DNA from: a virus
Reading direction: 5' to 3' (one strand)
Length of the DNA: 64,000 bases
Virus record (IMG/VR): IMGVR_UViG_3300005805_000049
Location: 32,001-96,000 of that record
Position 1 is the first letter of the stretch; the number at the start of each line of letters is the position of its first letter. This document shows, one piece after another, positions 46,426-55,821 of this stretch. The translations under genes and the position numbers were made by a program. The notes beneath the pieces are model-generated. The model did no database searches. It was given only the letters and a program-made list of their open reading frames with translations, and had not been told where the DNA came from.

Positions 46426-46815
46426 ATGGATGAATGGTTAAGTGAATCTAATTTTATTTTGTATTGTGCTCGACATTATGATGGCAGATACTGTTCATCA
46501 ATTAATGATTTTCATGAAGACCTAAAACGTATTCGATATATAAAAAAGCTTTTGACTCGTTATGAAAAGAATAAAGACTTAAAAGAACGGTTGATTCTCA
46601 ATCATATCATTATTCTGAATAATTTGTTTGGGCCAACCGTTACTTGTCGAATACTATATTTTAAACTGAAGAAGCATTTCAAATATATCAAACCTTTTTT
46701 GGTTTTGCTACAAATATTACCGACGAGATTGTATAATATAAATACTGAAAAGGTAATAGATTTGGACATGATACCGATGGACCAACAGATTGTTGAGGCA
46801 TTAAGACGAATATGA
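46426..46815 (+). CDS. Conserved T4-like hypothetical protein
   Basis: F.EDLKR..YIKKL..Y...LKERLILNHIIIL.N.FG. Confidence 0.75.
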   Translation: MDEWLSESNFILYCARHYDGRYCSSINDFHEDLKRIRYIKKLLTRYEKNKDLKERLILNHIIILNNLFGPTVTCRILYFKLKKHFKYIKPFLVLLQILPTRLYNINTEKVIDLDMIPMDQQIVEALRRI

Positions 46816-46973
46816 AGTTAAAAGAAGAAGTTCCTGCGAATGCTATTGGTACTGGTAACATAGCGAAGATTGATCCTCTTTTGTTTCGTGCTGCAGGTGT
46901 AAAGAAGTTGTTAGATAGAGCTACGAAATTGTTAAAGAGGAAATATGGCACCGATAGATCAAACTCTAGTTAA
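46812..46973 (+). CDS. 53-aa conserved hypothetical protein (missed by the ORF track)
   Basis: ATGA overlap; EEVPAN..G.G.IA motif. Confidence 0.55.
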   Translation: MKLKEEVPANAIGTGNIAKIDPLLFRAAGVKKLLDRATKLLKRKYGTDRSNSS

Positions 46974-47424
46974 AGAATTATACGAAATCAAGTCTAATGT
47001 TGCTCAGCTGGATACGATAGTCGATCGTTTAGATAAAACGATAGTCGAACTAGCAACGGTGTCAAAAAACATTTCTCAGTTAATAGCGGTTCAAGATAAC
47101 CGTCTTTCTACTCAAGAAAAATTTACTACACATTTACTTTCAATGGTCGAGACAGAAAAAATTAATACTGCCAATTCAGACCGAGAATTGGAAAACGCTA
47201 TCAGAAAATTAGAAGCAGACATTGATAATGATCTAGATGAGATGAAAACATCTATTCTTAACGAAATCAAATCAATGAAGGCAGAAGCTGCTAACAGTCA
47301 CAACGATCTTCTGAAAAAAGTGACACAACTAGAGAAGTTGGTGTGGATTGCAACTGGTGGTGGTATGGTGATCGCGTTTATCATCTCTAAGATGTCTGGA
47401 CCGCTTCTAAAATTGTTCCAATAA
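46945..47424 (+). CDS. Coiled-coil protein with a C-terminal transmembrane helix (possible lysis/membrane protein)
   Basis: LEK.VWIATGGGMVIAFII hydrophobic tail. Confidence 0.6.
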   Translation: MAPIDQTLVKELYEIKSNVAQLDTIVDRLDKTIVELATVSKNISQLIAVQDNRLSTQEKFTTHLLSMVETEKINTANSDRELENAIRKLEADIDNDLDEMKTSILNEIKSMKAEAANSHNDLLKKVTQLEKLVWIATGGGMVIAFIISKMSGPLLKLFQ

Positions 47425-47437
47425 CAACAGTTTACTG

Positions 47438-47465
47438 TTGACCTGGTTTTGGTTGGCTGTATAAT
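47438..47465 (+). promoter_or_regulatory. Promoter TTGACC-16-TATAAT for primase
   Basis: At the late-to-early boundary; inside an inverted repeat reaching the RBS. Confidence 0.75.
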
Positions 47466-47498
47466 CACTTTGTGCCAATCAAATAACAGGGTAATTAG

Positions 47499-48557
47499 AT
47501 GATTAATACGTTATGGTTAGACGTTAAGTATATTAATCTACTATCAAGTTCATTACGAAACTTCAAACAAAAAGATGGTACGCTGTACAACTTCTCATGT
47601 CCAATATGTGGAGATTCGCAGCAATCAAAAACAAAGGCCAGAGGATTTCTAATCCAGAGATCTGGTAAGTTCTTTTTCTACTGTCACAACTGCAATCAAT
47701 CGTTGGTATTTAGCAAGCTTCTTCAGCTAGTTAATCCTATTCTATACGATGAATACTTGTTGGAAAAGGTTTCCGATAGCAAGCAACCAGCAGTTGCTCA
47801 GCCTACTATTATGGAAAAGTTCTCAATTCCAAAGCAACAAATCAAGTTGCCAAAAGTCTCTCAGTTGCCAAGTACACATAAATGTAAGCAGTACGTGGTG
47901 CAGCGACAAATACCGAGTTATTTTCACAGTCAGCTGTATTATTGCAAACAGTTCAAGCATTGGATTAACAGTATTAAGCCTGATAGTTTTGAAGACGTGT
48001 CTTACGATCAACCAAGATTGATTATTCCATTGATCGATCAGACAAAGACAGTGTTTGGTGTTCAAGGTAGAGCTATTGGTGATTATACACCAAGATATAT
48101 AACAATCATACTTGATAAGACCCGTGATCACCTTCCAAGTATCTATGGAATTGACAGAGTGAATTTTAATACAAAGTACTACGTGTTTGAAGGTCCGATA
48201 GATTCGATGTTTATTCCAAATTCGATAGCATGTCTTTGCAGCGGTCTGCACAGTGAACTCGCGAAGTTAAACAAACCGACAGACAATGCAGTGCTTGTGT
48301 TTGACAATGAGCCGAGGAACAAACAAATAGTGGAAACGATGTTGACTGCAGCTTCGCAGCGATATAAGATCTGTGTTTGGCCTGACAACATCACAGACAA
48401 AGATATCAACCAGATGATACTTCGAAAAGTGTCTGGGTCATACTGTAAAACGGAATTGATTGAAAAGGCAGCTAAATGGATTCAACAAGTAATAGACGAC
48501 AACACGTTTCAAGGGCTGCAAGCAGAACTAGCGATCCGCCAGTGGAAAAAGATTTAG
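47499..48557 (+). CDS. gp61: DNA primase
   Basis: CPICGDS..CHNC zinc finger, EGPIDS, FDNEPRN, KDIN. Confidence 0.96.
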   Translation: MINTLWLDVKYINLLSSSLRNFKQKDGTLYNFSCPICGDSQQSKTKARGFLIQRSGKFFFYCHNCNQSLVFSKLLQLVNPILYDEYLLEKVSDSKQPAVAQPTIMEKFSIPKQQIKLPKVSQLPSTHKCKQYVVQRQIPSYFHSQLYYCKQFKHWINSIKPDSFEDVSYDQPRLIIPLIDQTKTVFGVQGRAIGDYTPRYITIILDKTRDHLPSIYGIDRVNFNTKYYVFEGPIDSMFIPNSIACLCSGLHSELAKLNKPTDNAVLVFDNEPRNKQIVETMLTAASQRYKICVWPDNITDKDINQMILRKVSGSYCKTELIEKAAKWIQQVIDDNTFQGLQAELAIRQWKKI

Positions 48558-48742
48558 CGCAATATGCTTATTTGGACGGTAAACATTGGGCTGAACAATA
48601 CCTGGATCGCTATCCAGATGCTGATCAATTCAATGTAGTATTCCACTTATTGCAGTTGTTAGCTAAAGAACGCTATCCAAACAATGTTAGAGATTTCATG
48701 AGAGGAGTAGATCAATGTATGATTATCAGAAGGTTCGGTTAA
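48476..48742 (+). CDS. Hypothetical protein (true start probably near 48542)
   Basis: Fills the gap between primase and thyX. Confidence 0.45.
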   Translation: MDSTSNRRQHVSRAASRTSDPPVEKDLAQYAYLDGKHWAEQYLDRYPDADQFNVVFHLLQLLAKERYPNNVRDFMRGVDQCMIIRRFG

Positions 48743-49383
48743 TTGGAATTACACAACCAGTAGCAGAAGAGTTCATTTGCGACAATGATGCAGAGAACTT
48801 GATATCATATTGCGCAAGAGTGTCTAACCCATCCAATCAAAGCAACTTTGATACGGCTAGTAAATTGTTAAAGTATTGTATTAAACACAATCACTGGTCA
48901 ATTTTCGAAATGGTTAACTTGACGATGGAGATCGAGACGACCAGAGACATTGCTCGACAGATTCTTCGACACCGTTCATTTTCATTTCAGGAGTTTAGCC
49001 AGAGATATGCTGAGGTAAATACCGACACGTTTGTCACAAGAGAAGCTAGACTACAAGACAAATCCAATAGACAAAATTCAATTGATACAGACAACAAAGC
49101 ATTGAATAGTGCTTGGCAACAAATGCAACAAGATGTATTGTATCATGCGAGACATGCGTATAAGTGGGCAATTGACAATGGAATTGCGAAAGAGCAAGCA
49201 AGAGCCGTATTGCCCGAAGGATTAACGATTTCTCGCATGTACATGCAAGGCAGTTTAAGATCATGGCTTCACTACACTGACTTGAGATCAGACAATGCAA
49301 CTCAAAAAGAGCACCGTGATATTGCAATTAAATGTCGTCAAGTAATTGAACGGCACTTCCCTTTCCTTAATTCCGTAAACTAA
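48715..49383 (+). CDS. thyX: Flavin-dependent thymidylate synthase
   Basis: H.SIFE, RQILRHRSFSFQEFSQRY. Confidence 0.96.
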   Translation: MYDYQKVRLIGITQPVAEEFICDNDAENLISYCARVSNPSNQSNFDTASKLLKYCIKHNHWSIFEMVNLTMEIETTRDIARQILRHRSFSFQEFSQRYAEVNTDTFVTREARLQDKSNRQNSIDTDNKALNSAWQQMQQDVLYHARHAYKWAIDNGIAKEQARAVLPEGLTISRMYMQGSLRSWLHYTDLRSDNATQKEHRDIAIKCRQVIERHFPFLNSVN

Positions 49384-49393
49384 AGAGGTATCG

Positions 49394-51613
49394 ATGTATA
49401 AAGACACAAGAAAACTACTATCCGAAGCAAAGTTCTACGAAGGGTATGCCCGTTGGGACGACAATCTCAACCGTTATGAGACATGGGACGAAGCAGTTGA
49501 TCGTGTGATGGACATGCATCGTCAATACTATAAGGAAAAGCACAGCGATCAGCTAGCAGCTGCTTTACAAATTGCAACTGAAGCGTATAAGAACAAACTA
49601 GTGCTTGGCGCTCAGCGCGCATTGCAATTTGGCGGTCAGCAACTATTGAAGCACGAAATGAAGATGTATAACTGCACATCTTCTTATGCCGACCGTGCTG
49701 AATTTTTTGGAGAGTTCTTCTACATTCTGCTTTGCGGTGCTGGAGCTGGGTTTTCTGTTCAATATCATCACATCGACAAATTGCCAAATGTTGGTCCTCG
49801 AAACAAGCAGCCAAAGACTCACGTTGTTGAGGACTCAATTGAGGGGTGGGCAACTGCTCTGGACGTATTGATGTCTTCTTACTTTGCTACTGGCGGTAAG
49901 TATCCTGAATACCAGGGAAGAAAAGTGTATTTTGACTTGTCGCAGATTCGTCCAAAGGGCGCAATGATCTTCGGAGGATTTAAGGCTCCTGGGCCAGATG
50001 CTCTTCGTAGATCATTGGATCGAATTGAGTATCTACTGCAGGGTCTGGTTCTTAAAGATCAAAGCAATCGTCTTCGCCCAATCCATGTTTATGATATTTG
50101 TATGCACACCGCGGATGCAGTTCTTGCTGGAGGCGTTCGTCGTTCTGCAACAATTTGTCTATTCTCTCCTGAGGACAGTGAAATGGCTAGTGCGAAGACT
50201 GGCAACTGGTTTATCGATAATCCTCAACGTGCAAGGTCAAACAATTCTGCAGTAATTGATCGGACGAAGATTACTAAGCAGCAGTTCAGCGAACTAATGA
50301 CATCGATTAAACAGTTTGGTGAGCCAGGATTCTTCTTTGTTGACGATAAAGATGTTACTACTAATCCTTGTGTTGAAATTGGAATGTTTCCTCAGCTAGA
50401 TGGCAAATCTGGTTGGCAAGGGTGCAATCTAACTGAAATTAATGGCGGAATGTGCAACGACGAGCAGACGTTTTATGCTGCTTGTGAAGCAGCTGCTATT
50501 CTCGGAACTCTACAGGCCGGATACACCAATTTCAAATTCTTGAATCAAACAACCAAGGAAATCTTCGACAGAGAAGCTCTACTTGGTGTATCAATTACTG
50601 GATGGATGAACAATCCAACAGTTCTGTTTGATTCAGCAATTTTAGAAAATGGTGCAAAGCTGGTAAAGGAAACCAACAAGCGAATTGCAAAGCTACTGGG
50701 AATCAATCCTGCAGCAAGAACTACCTGTGTTAAACCATCAGGTAATGCATCGGTAATTCTAATGACTGCTTCAGGTATTCATGCAGACCATTCACCAATG
50801 TACATTCGCAACATTCAGCTAAACAAAGAAACGGAAGTTGCTCAGCTAATTAAACGACTGAATCCTTACATGGTTGAAGAGTCTGTATGGTCTGCTGGAC
50901 GGACAGATTACGTTGTTTCGTTCCCTGTGATTCCAAATAAAGATTCTCTGTTTAAAGATTATCTATTGGGAATCAAGCATCTGGAACTAGTAAAAAAGGC
51001 TCAGCAACACTGGGTCAATGCAGGAACTGATCTCGATCTATGCGTTAATAAGACCGTTCGTCATAATGTTTCTAACACTATTATCGCTGATGATTGGGAT
51101 GCCATTGAACAGTATGTGTTTGATAACAAACAGTACTTTGCTGGAATTTCATTCTTGCCAATGACTGGCGATAAAGACTTTAATCAAGCACCAAACACCA
51201 AAGTTATTGATGCTGAACAAATTGTTCAAACGTATGGAACAGGGGCAGTGTTTGCATCAGGTCTTGTCGTTGACGGTCTTCAAGCATTTGATACACTATG
51301 GGAAGCATGTGCAACAGCAAACGGCTATGGAGAAGATCTCAGCGGAGATGATCACGGTAAGTTGTTGAAAAAAGACTGGGTTCGGAGGTTCAATTCGTTT
51401 GCAGTCAACTATTTTGAAGGTGACAGAAAGAAGACTGAGTATTGTCTGAAATATGTTTACTTGCTGCATAAGTGGGAGAAGATTCAGCAGAACCTAGTGG
51501 ACATCGACTGGGCATCGCAGCTGAAAGAAAAGAAGTACATTGACGTCGATACTCTCGGAGCTGCTGCTTGTATTGGCGTATCAGAGACTGGCGAATCCGC
51601 TTGTATGGTGTAA
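49394..51613 (+). CDS. nrdJ: Ribonucleotide reductase, probably class II (B12-dependent, monomeric type)
   Basis: YNC, TNPCVEI, GCNL.E, TCVKPSG, C-terminal Cys pair; no adjacent nrdB. Confidence 0.82.
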   Translation: MYKDTRKLLSEAKFYEGYARWDDNLNRYETWDEAVDRVMDMHRQYYKEKHSDQLAAALQIATEAYKNKLVLGAQRALQFGGQQLLKHEMKMYNCTSSYADRAEFFGEFFYILLCGAGAGFSVQYHHIDKLPNVGPRNKQPKTHVVEDSIEGWATALDVLMSSYFATGGKYPEYQGRKVYFDLSQIRPKGAMIFGGFKAPGPDALRRSLDRIEYLLQGLVLKDQSNRLRPIHVYDICMHTADAVLAGGVRRSATICLFSPEDSEMASAKTGNWFIDNPQRARSNNSAVIDRTKITKQQFSELMTSIKQFGEPGFFFVDDKDVTTNPCVEIGMFPQLDGKSGWQGCNLTEINGGMCNDEQTFYAACEAAAILGTLQAGYTNFKFLNQTTKEIFDREALLGVSITGWMNNPTVLFDSAILENGAKLVKETNKRIAKLLGINPAARTTCVKPSGNASVILMTASGIHADHSPMYIRNIQLNKETEVAQLIKRLNPYMVEESVWSAGRTDYVVSFPVIPNKDSLFKDYLLGIKHLELVKKAQQHWVNAGTDLDLCVNKTVRHNVSNTIIADDWDAIEQYVFDNKQYFAGISFLPMTGDKDFNQAPNTKVIDAEQIVQTYGTGAVFASGLVVDGLQAFDTLWEACATANGYGEDLSGDDHGKLLKKDWVRRFNSFAVNYFEGDRKKTEYCLKYVYLLHKWEKIQQNLVDIDWASQLKEKKYIDVDTLGAAACIGVSETGESACMV

Positions 51614-51614
51614 T

Positions 51615-52241
51615 ATGGCATATCTCAATCATAACTTACCAACGTTTACTTGTTTTATTCGTAATCAATACCTATATAATCACACGAAAGGGCAGGGGGA
51701 TTTCACCCCCTGCGACGTCCATGCGGTTGCGTCAATCGAAAAACGCGTTCCATTGTTTGAAGCTCTGCTAGATAATGGAGTTAATTGGACCCGTAGACCA
51801 ATTACTGCATTTTGTTGGAAAACTGATAGCGAACCAGTTCAATTAGAACAAGCGATGTACTGGGACTGTTTCTCGCCATATATCGATGTGCAAATTCGTA
51901 ATCGGTTAGTTGGATTGCAAGCAGAACTTATAACTCCATCAAACGAAAAGCATAAAGGAACGTATATGTTCACGCTTGATTGGTCGTGGGAGAATAAAGC
52001 AATTCTCGATTGCAATTTTTCAGAAACGCCAGAACATAAGTGCGGGCATTTCTTTAAGATGGACAATGGCAATTACTATTGTTATCCAAACAATCAAATC
52101 ATCTGGTTTGATGATGCGTGGATTGAAAATAGAATTAGTAAGAATCCCGGATACTTGATCGACACGACAGTATACTCAGTGGAAAATAAGAGAAAGTTAA
52201 AAGTAGACAACCAATACATTTACGGAGTAGACGACCAATGA
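51615..52241 (+). CDS. Conserved phage hypothetical protein
   Basis: MAYLNHNLP, WDCFS, YMFTLDW, EHKC.H, PNN motifs. Confidence 0.7.
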   Translation: MAYLNHNLPTFTCFIRNQYLYNHTKGQGDFTPCDVHAVASIEKRVPLFEALLDNGVNWTRRPITAFCWKTDSEPVQLEQAMYWDCFSPYIDVQIRNRLVGLQAELITPSNEKHKGTYMFTLDWSWENKAILDCNFSETPEHKCGHFFKMDNGNYYCYPNNQIIWFDDAWIENRISKNPGYLIDTTVYSVENKRKLKVDNQYIYGVDDQ

Positions 52242-52444
52242 GTTGGAATAGAGGCTCATCAATCTTCGAGCAGATTATCGAAGCACTTTTAGATGCTGAT
52301 GTTTCAAAAAACCAAAGAATAGAGATCTATCAACATCTAATTGAAACGTTTATTGACAATGATTGTGATACGCTGTATGAACTAAAAGGAATGGATGAAT
52401 GCTTCGATCAGACTTTGAAATTGTTTGAAGACGAAGATGATTAA
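52238..52444 (+). CDS. Small acidic hypothetical protein
   Basis: ATGA overlap; W..GS, DCDTL.E. Confidence 0.65.
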   Translation: MSWNRGSSIFEQIIEALLDADVSKNQRIEIYQHLIETFIDNDCDTLYELKGMDECFDQTLKLFEDEDD

Positions 52445-52448
52445 ATAA

Positions 52449-52481
52449 ATACTAGCATTCCAGACAAAGGGGTGCTAGTAT
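52449..52481 (+). promoter_or_regulatory. Hairpin sequestering RBS and start codon, overlapped by a late-promoter-like AATAAATA
   Basis: 13-bp stem with 2 G-U pairs, ATACTAGCATTCC/GGGGTGCTAGTAT. Confidence 0.75.
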
Positions 52482-52881
52482 GTGGATATATAATGGCGAA
52501 CAATTTACCGAAGATATGATTGGTGATAGTGTTGGTTTTGTGTACATTATCACCAATCTTGTTAATAACAAACAGTATATTGGAAAGAAGTTATTTACTA
52601 AGTCTAAGTCTTTTCAAAAAAACAAAAAGAAAAAACGAAAAAGAGTTTTATCAGATTGGGTAGATTATACAGGATCAAATGATCAATTAAACGATGATAT
52701 TAAAAAAGGCGATTTAGTAAAAAAAGAAATCTTGTTGTTGTGTAAATCTAAATCTGAACTGAATTACATGGAATTGAAATATCAAGTACAATTTGATGTT
52801 TTATTTCAACCAGAACGGTATTACAATAGTTATATTGGAACAAGAGTAAATCGTAAACAACTGAGGATTAAAGACAAATGA
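52480..52881 (+). CDS. GIY-YIG endonuclease
   Basis: GFVYIITN..N.KQYIGKK, W..YTGS, conserved E, YN. Confidence 0.85.
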   Translation: MWIYNGEQFTEDMIGDSVGFVYIITNLVNNKQYIGKKLFTKSKSFQKNKKKKRKRVLSDWVDYTGSNDQLNDDIKKGDLVKKEILLLCKSKSELNYMELKYQVQFDVLFQPERYYNSYIGTRVNRKQLRIKDK

Positions 52882-52970
52882 TCGATACAATCGTAAAGTT
52901 TGTTTCAGTTATCATGCTTATTTCAAGCCTTTGTTTTATTACAGCGCTTGTGTTCGATGTAGTCAAATAA
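52878..52970 (+). CDS. 30-aa single-TM micropeptide
   Basis: ATGA overlap with the upstream gene; hydrophobic. Confidence 0.5.
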   Translation: MIDTIVKFVSVIMLISSLCFITALVFDVVK

Positions 52971-52974
52971 GCTG

Positions 52975-53003
52975 TTGACCTTGCTGCCAGTTGGCATTAA
53001 GGT
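52975..53003 (+). promoter_or_regulatory. Early promoter TTGACC-17-TAAGGT
   Basis: GTTGAC motif at the start of the early region. Confidence 0.5.
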
Positions 53004-53025
53004 GCAGCTAACAATGGAGAGATAA

Positions 53026-53121
53026 ATGGACCCAGCCACAGTTGCCTTGATCATCATCGCAGGAAATCTGCTGCAGATTGCTCCTCTATTTTTTTTCTTC
53101 GATGGTAAAAAAGCTAGTTGA
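53026..53121 (+). CDS. 31-aa single-TM micropeptide
   Basis: GGAGA RBS; hydrophobic. Confidence 0.55.
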   Translation: MDPATVALIIIAGNLLQIAPLFFFFDGKKAS

Positions 53122-53175
53122 CCTTATCAAATAAGTAGAAGATGATCCTTAAACAGTTGGATATGGAGAGCTCAG

Positions 53176-53511
53176 ATGGCTAAGCTTGAAATCGAACGTC
53201 GTGATCGGGAATTGGACTACTCTTACCGTAATGGCTCGAAGGAATACTGGTCGAATGCTCGAATCTACTTCTTCGTTAAGGACGAATCTATCCTCGATAA
53301 TTTGATCAATCGTCGGTCTCGTCCGATGACCGAGTATCGCAAGCTTCTGCCTTCTGTCTTCGCTAAGGCTGGGCTACCAACAGACACTAAAGTCAAGTGG
53401 CGGCAGTCTGCTGGTTGCTCTTGTGGTTGTTCGCCGGGATTTATCATTGACAACATGTCACGGTTTGACGTGTTTGTCACGATCCATCCGGACGATGGAG
53501 ATGCCCAATGA
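53176..53511 (+). CDS. Hypothetical early protein with an AGCSCGCSPGF motif
   Basis: GGAG RBS; Cys motif. Confidence 0.7.
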   Translation: MAKLEIERRDRELDYSYRNGSKEYWSNARIYFFVKDESILDNLINRRSRPMTEYRKLLPSVFAKAGLPTDTKVKWRQSAGCSCGCSPGFIIDNMSRFDVFVTIHPDDGDAQ

Positions 53512-53714
53512 CCATTGAACAAAAGATTGAATACATTCGTGATTTCTTCGACCATGTCGAAGCTGTTGATCTAAATTCTCAGTTTTATCAGACAATTCGA
53601 CAGTGCATTACCTCCTGTTCAATTGCCCAGCTAGAAGAAATTAAAGCAGAGAACATTCGAATTCTGTCTGAGCTAGCAAAAAACCGTATTGACTTTCTTC
53701 GCTCTTACCACTAA
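53508..53714 (+). CDS. Hypothetical protein
   Basis: ATGA overlap, GGAG RBS. Confidence 0.65.
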   Translation: MTIEQKIEYIRDFFDHVEAVDLNSQFYQTIRQCITSCSIAQLEEIKAENIRILSELAKNRIDFLRSYH

Positions 53715-53733
53715 AACAACAAGGAGACCAACG

Positions 53734-53928
53734 ATGTATCGATGCTATCTGGCGAACTTTGGTTGGTTTCTTGAAGGGCAGTTCAACTCAGTAAAAGAAG
53801 CTGTTGACTTTGGTCGTTCGAAGGGGTATGAATTCATCGTATACAAAGACAAGGAAATCATTGGCCATTGCTGCGGAGTTGCGTTGCAATGGTTTGTTGT
53901 GAACTCTGACTTTGGAGATCTGCAATGA
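53734..53928 (+). CDS. Hypothetical protein
   Basis: AAGGAG RBS. Confidence 0.65.
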   Translation: MYRCYLANFGWFLEGQFNSVKEAVDFGRSKGYEFIVYKDKEIIGHCCGVALQWFVVNSDFGDLQ

Positions 53929-54194
53929 ATACCGATGATGTGGTTGACTCTTTGATCAAATCAATAGATGTTCTTTGCAAGGAGCGCGAGATGACTAATA
54001 GTCAGGCATACGCGTACAAGGCAGGAGCGCTTGAAACTATAGTTCGGACACTTTTGCGTGGTGGTAATGCGAGAATGCACATGAGCGTCGCTAGTTTTAC
54101 TGAACACTATGATATGTTGACTGCTGGCATTCGAGCGATTGAAAATGGCATTGAGCCGATCGGCGTAGACCCAGGAGATTGCAATGTTCGATGA
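53925..54194 (+). CDS. Hypothetical protein
   Basis: ATGA overlap, GGAG RBS. Confidence 0.65.
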   Translation: MNTDDVVDSLIKSIDVLCKEREMTNSQAYAYKAGALETIVRTLLRGGNARMHMSVASFTEHYDMLTAGIRAIENGIEPIGVDPGDCNVR

Positions 54195-54444
54195 CCGTTT
54201 GAAGCAGCTGAATCGTTTAATCGTTGAGCATTATCAGCCAACGATCTGTGATGAGTCGTCTAATGGTAAAGGCGAACGGTGGACCAGGGGAGATATTGAG
54301 TCTCTTGGTTATGGAACGACGAGTAGAGCAAGAGGATGGAATTCAGATGACTGTCGGTTGAATCGGTGGTATACTGGTCCAGCTGAAATCAGATTGCAGC
54401 CATGGAATCTGGTGATGCGTAAAGGCGATGTCTACAGCGACTGA
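54184..54444 (+). CDS. Hypothetical protein
   Basis: AGGAG RBS. Confidence 0.65.
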   Translation: MFDDRLKQLNRLIVEHYQPTICDESSNGKGERWTRGDIESLGYGTTSRARGWNSDDCRLNRWYTGPAEIRLQPWNLVMRKGDVYSD

Positions 54445-54449
54445 GGTGT

Positions 54450-54671
54450 ATGATGCAACGTCCCGGAAAAATGAAACCCGCTACTCTTCGTGACCCTTCT
54501 GATCAGATTTCGCTTGTCTCTTTGATTAGATTCCTAGATAAGGCTGAAAAGGAACTGCGGGATTCAGGAGAGCAAGAATCAGCAGATCGGTTTGAGATTT
54601 TTCGTCAGTACTTGCTCGAAGATTTTCGGGGCAGTTACTTGGAATACAAACATCGGGCGATTGGGTTGTAA
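54450..54671 (+). CDS. Hypothetical protein
   Basis: GAGG RBS. Confidence 0.65.
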   Translation: MMQRPGKMKPATLRDPSDQISLVSLIRFLDKAEKELRDSGEQESADRFEIFRQYLLEDFRGSYLEYKHRAIGL

Positions 54672-54673
54672 TT

Positions 54674-54750
54674 GGTCACGTAGCTCAGCTGGATAGAGCA
54701 TCTGCCTTCTAAGCAGATGGTCGCAGGTTCGAGTCCTGCCGTGATCGCCA
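54674..54750 (+). tRNA. tRNA-Arg(UCU)
   Basis: Cloverleaf, anticodon TCT 54708-54710, GTTCGAGTC, encoded CCA. Confidence 0.97.
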
Positions 54751-54770
54751 CTAACTTGAAAGGATATATA

Positions 54771-55070
54771 ATGATAGCTATTGATCTTCGAGACTCTATT
54801 GTATATGAACAATACTTAGAATCGATGAAACGGTTTGCTGATCTTCATATGTACGAGATGATGAGAATGGACCGTAACACAAGAATGCATTATTTATCTT
54901 CTGAAATTGAGAAACTTGTTTCGCCAGAGTTTATCAATGCGCATATTTGTAAGCGTGAGGAATTTCTAGATACAATGGACAGTGTTGTTGGGTCTCTTGA
55001 AGAAGATGTCCGTCAACATTTTACTGCAAAAGCAGAAGCGTTTATTAAAACTTATATAAACAGTAAGTGA
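54771..55070 (+). CDS. Hypothetical protein between tRNAs
   Basis: AAGGA RBS before ATG 54771. Confidence 0.65.
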   Translation: MIAIDLRDSIVYEQYLESMKRFADLHMYEMMRMDRNTRMHYLSSEIEKLVSPEFINAHICKREEFLDTMDSVVGSLEEDVRQHFTAKAEAFIKTYINSK

Positions 55071-55075
55071 TCTTT

Positions 55076-55150
55076 TCCAGCGTAGCTCAATGGTAGAGCA
55101 ACCGGCTGTTAACCGGTTGGTTGTAGGTTCGAGTCCTGCCGCTGGAGCCA
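55076..55150 (+). tRNA. tRNA-Asn(GUU)
   Basis: Cloverleaf ACCGG-CTGTTAA-CCGGT, encoded CCA. Confidence 0.97.
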
Positions 55151-55156
55151 AAGTTT

Positions 55157-55234
55157 CTGGGTGTAGCTCAATTTGCGTAGAGCGCTTGGTTTGGGACCAA
55201 GAGGCTGGAGGTTCGAATCCTCTCACCTAGACCA
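55157..55234 (+). tRNA. tRNA-Pro(UGG)
   Basis: CTTGG-TTTGGGA-CCAAG, GTTCGAATC, encoded CCA; D-loop has GCG rather than GG. Confidence 0.93.
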
Positions 55235-55238
55235 AAAT

Positions 55239-55313
55239 TGGGGATTAGTTTAATTGGCAGAACGCTGGACTTTGGATCCGGTAGTCTTGGTTCGAATCCA
55301 AGATCCCCAGCCA
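55239..55313 (+). tRNA. tRNA-Gln(UUG)
   Basis: U1-A72, CTGGA-CTTTGGA-TCCGG, encoded CCA. Confidence 0.95.
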
Positions 55314-55330
55314 AAAATTGGAGAAGTTTA

Positions 55331-55482
55331 ATGCATCTACTAATCGGCGTTATCATTCTATCCAACCTAATTCAAATTTGCATGGTGTTCCTATGAAATT
55401 CAACGAGCTAATTGTACTAAGAATTTTGATTGTAATGTTGACGATCTCTCTAATCCTTGATACAATCAGGTATCATCTATAA
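55331..55482 (+). CDS. Two overlapping TM micropeptides (55331-55396, 21 aa; 55393-55482, 29 aa)
   Basis: GGAG RBS, ATGA overlap, both hydrophobic. Confidence 0.5.
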
Positions 55483-55490
55483 TCAAAAAT

Positions 55491-55566
55491 AGACCTGTAG
55501 CATAATGGTGAATGCCAGTCGCTCATAACGGCTCAGATGGGGGTTCGAGTCCCTCCAGGTCTACCA
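55491..55566 (+). tRNA. tRNA with CAU anticodon (Ile2 or elongator Met)
   Basis: AGTCG-CTCATAA-CGGCT; paired 1-72 so not an initiator; C4-G69 and C5-G68 favour Ile2. Confidence 0.92.
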
Positions 55567-55585
55567 CCAACCAATCGAGGTCACG

Positions 55586-55819
55586 ATGCTTCTGATCCCC
55601 TTCATCCTTTGTTGTATTGGTCTTGTTTTCTTCATTATCACCCGCGATTTAATTGGAGTAATGTTAACCGCTGCAGGGATCTTTCTTTTCTCAGTAATAG
55701 CTTCAGAACATGCTGGAAATATCTCCAAGCTAGATATTGAATGCCGAAATAAAAACGGCACTCTTGTCGCATATCAGACATGCGTTAGCAATACAATAAT
55801 CATTCCGTTGTCGAGGTAA
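55586..55819 (+). CDS. Membrane protein, two TM segments
   Basis: GAGG RBS; hydrophobic. Confidence 0.6.
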   Translation: MLLIPFILCCIGLVFFIITRDLIGVMLTAAGIFLFSVIASEHAGNISKLDIECRNKNGTLVAYQTCVSNTIIIPLSR

Positions 55820-55821
55820 AA

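Noticed and set aside
30236-51613. Inteins or introns in gp43, gp41, thyX or the RNR
   Set aside because: Lengths and motif spacing are ordinary; no insertions are apparent
54579-55761. Track ORFs overlapping the tRNA genes (54579-54812, 54966-55226, 55168-55365, 55537-55740)
   Set aside because: Shadow ORFs of tRNA sequences
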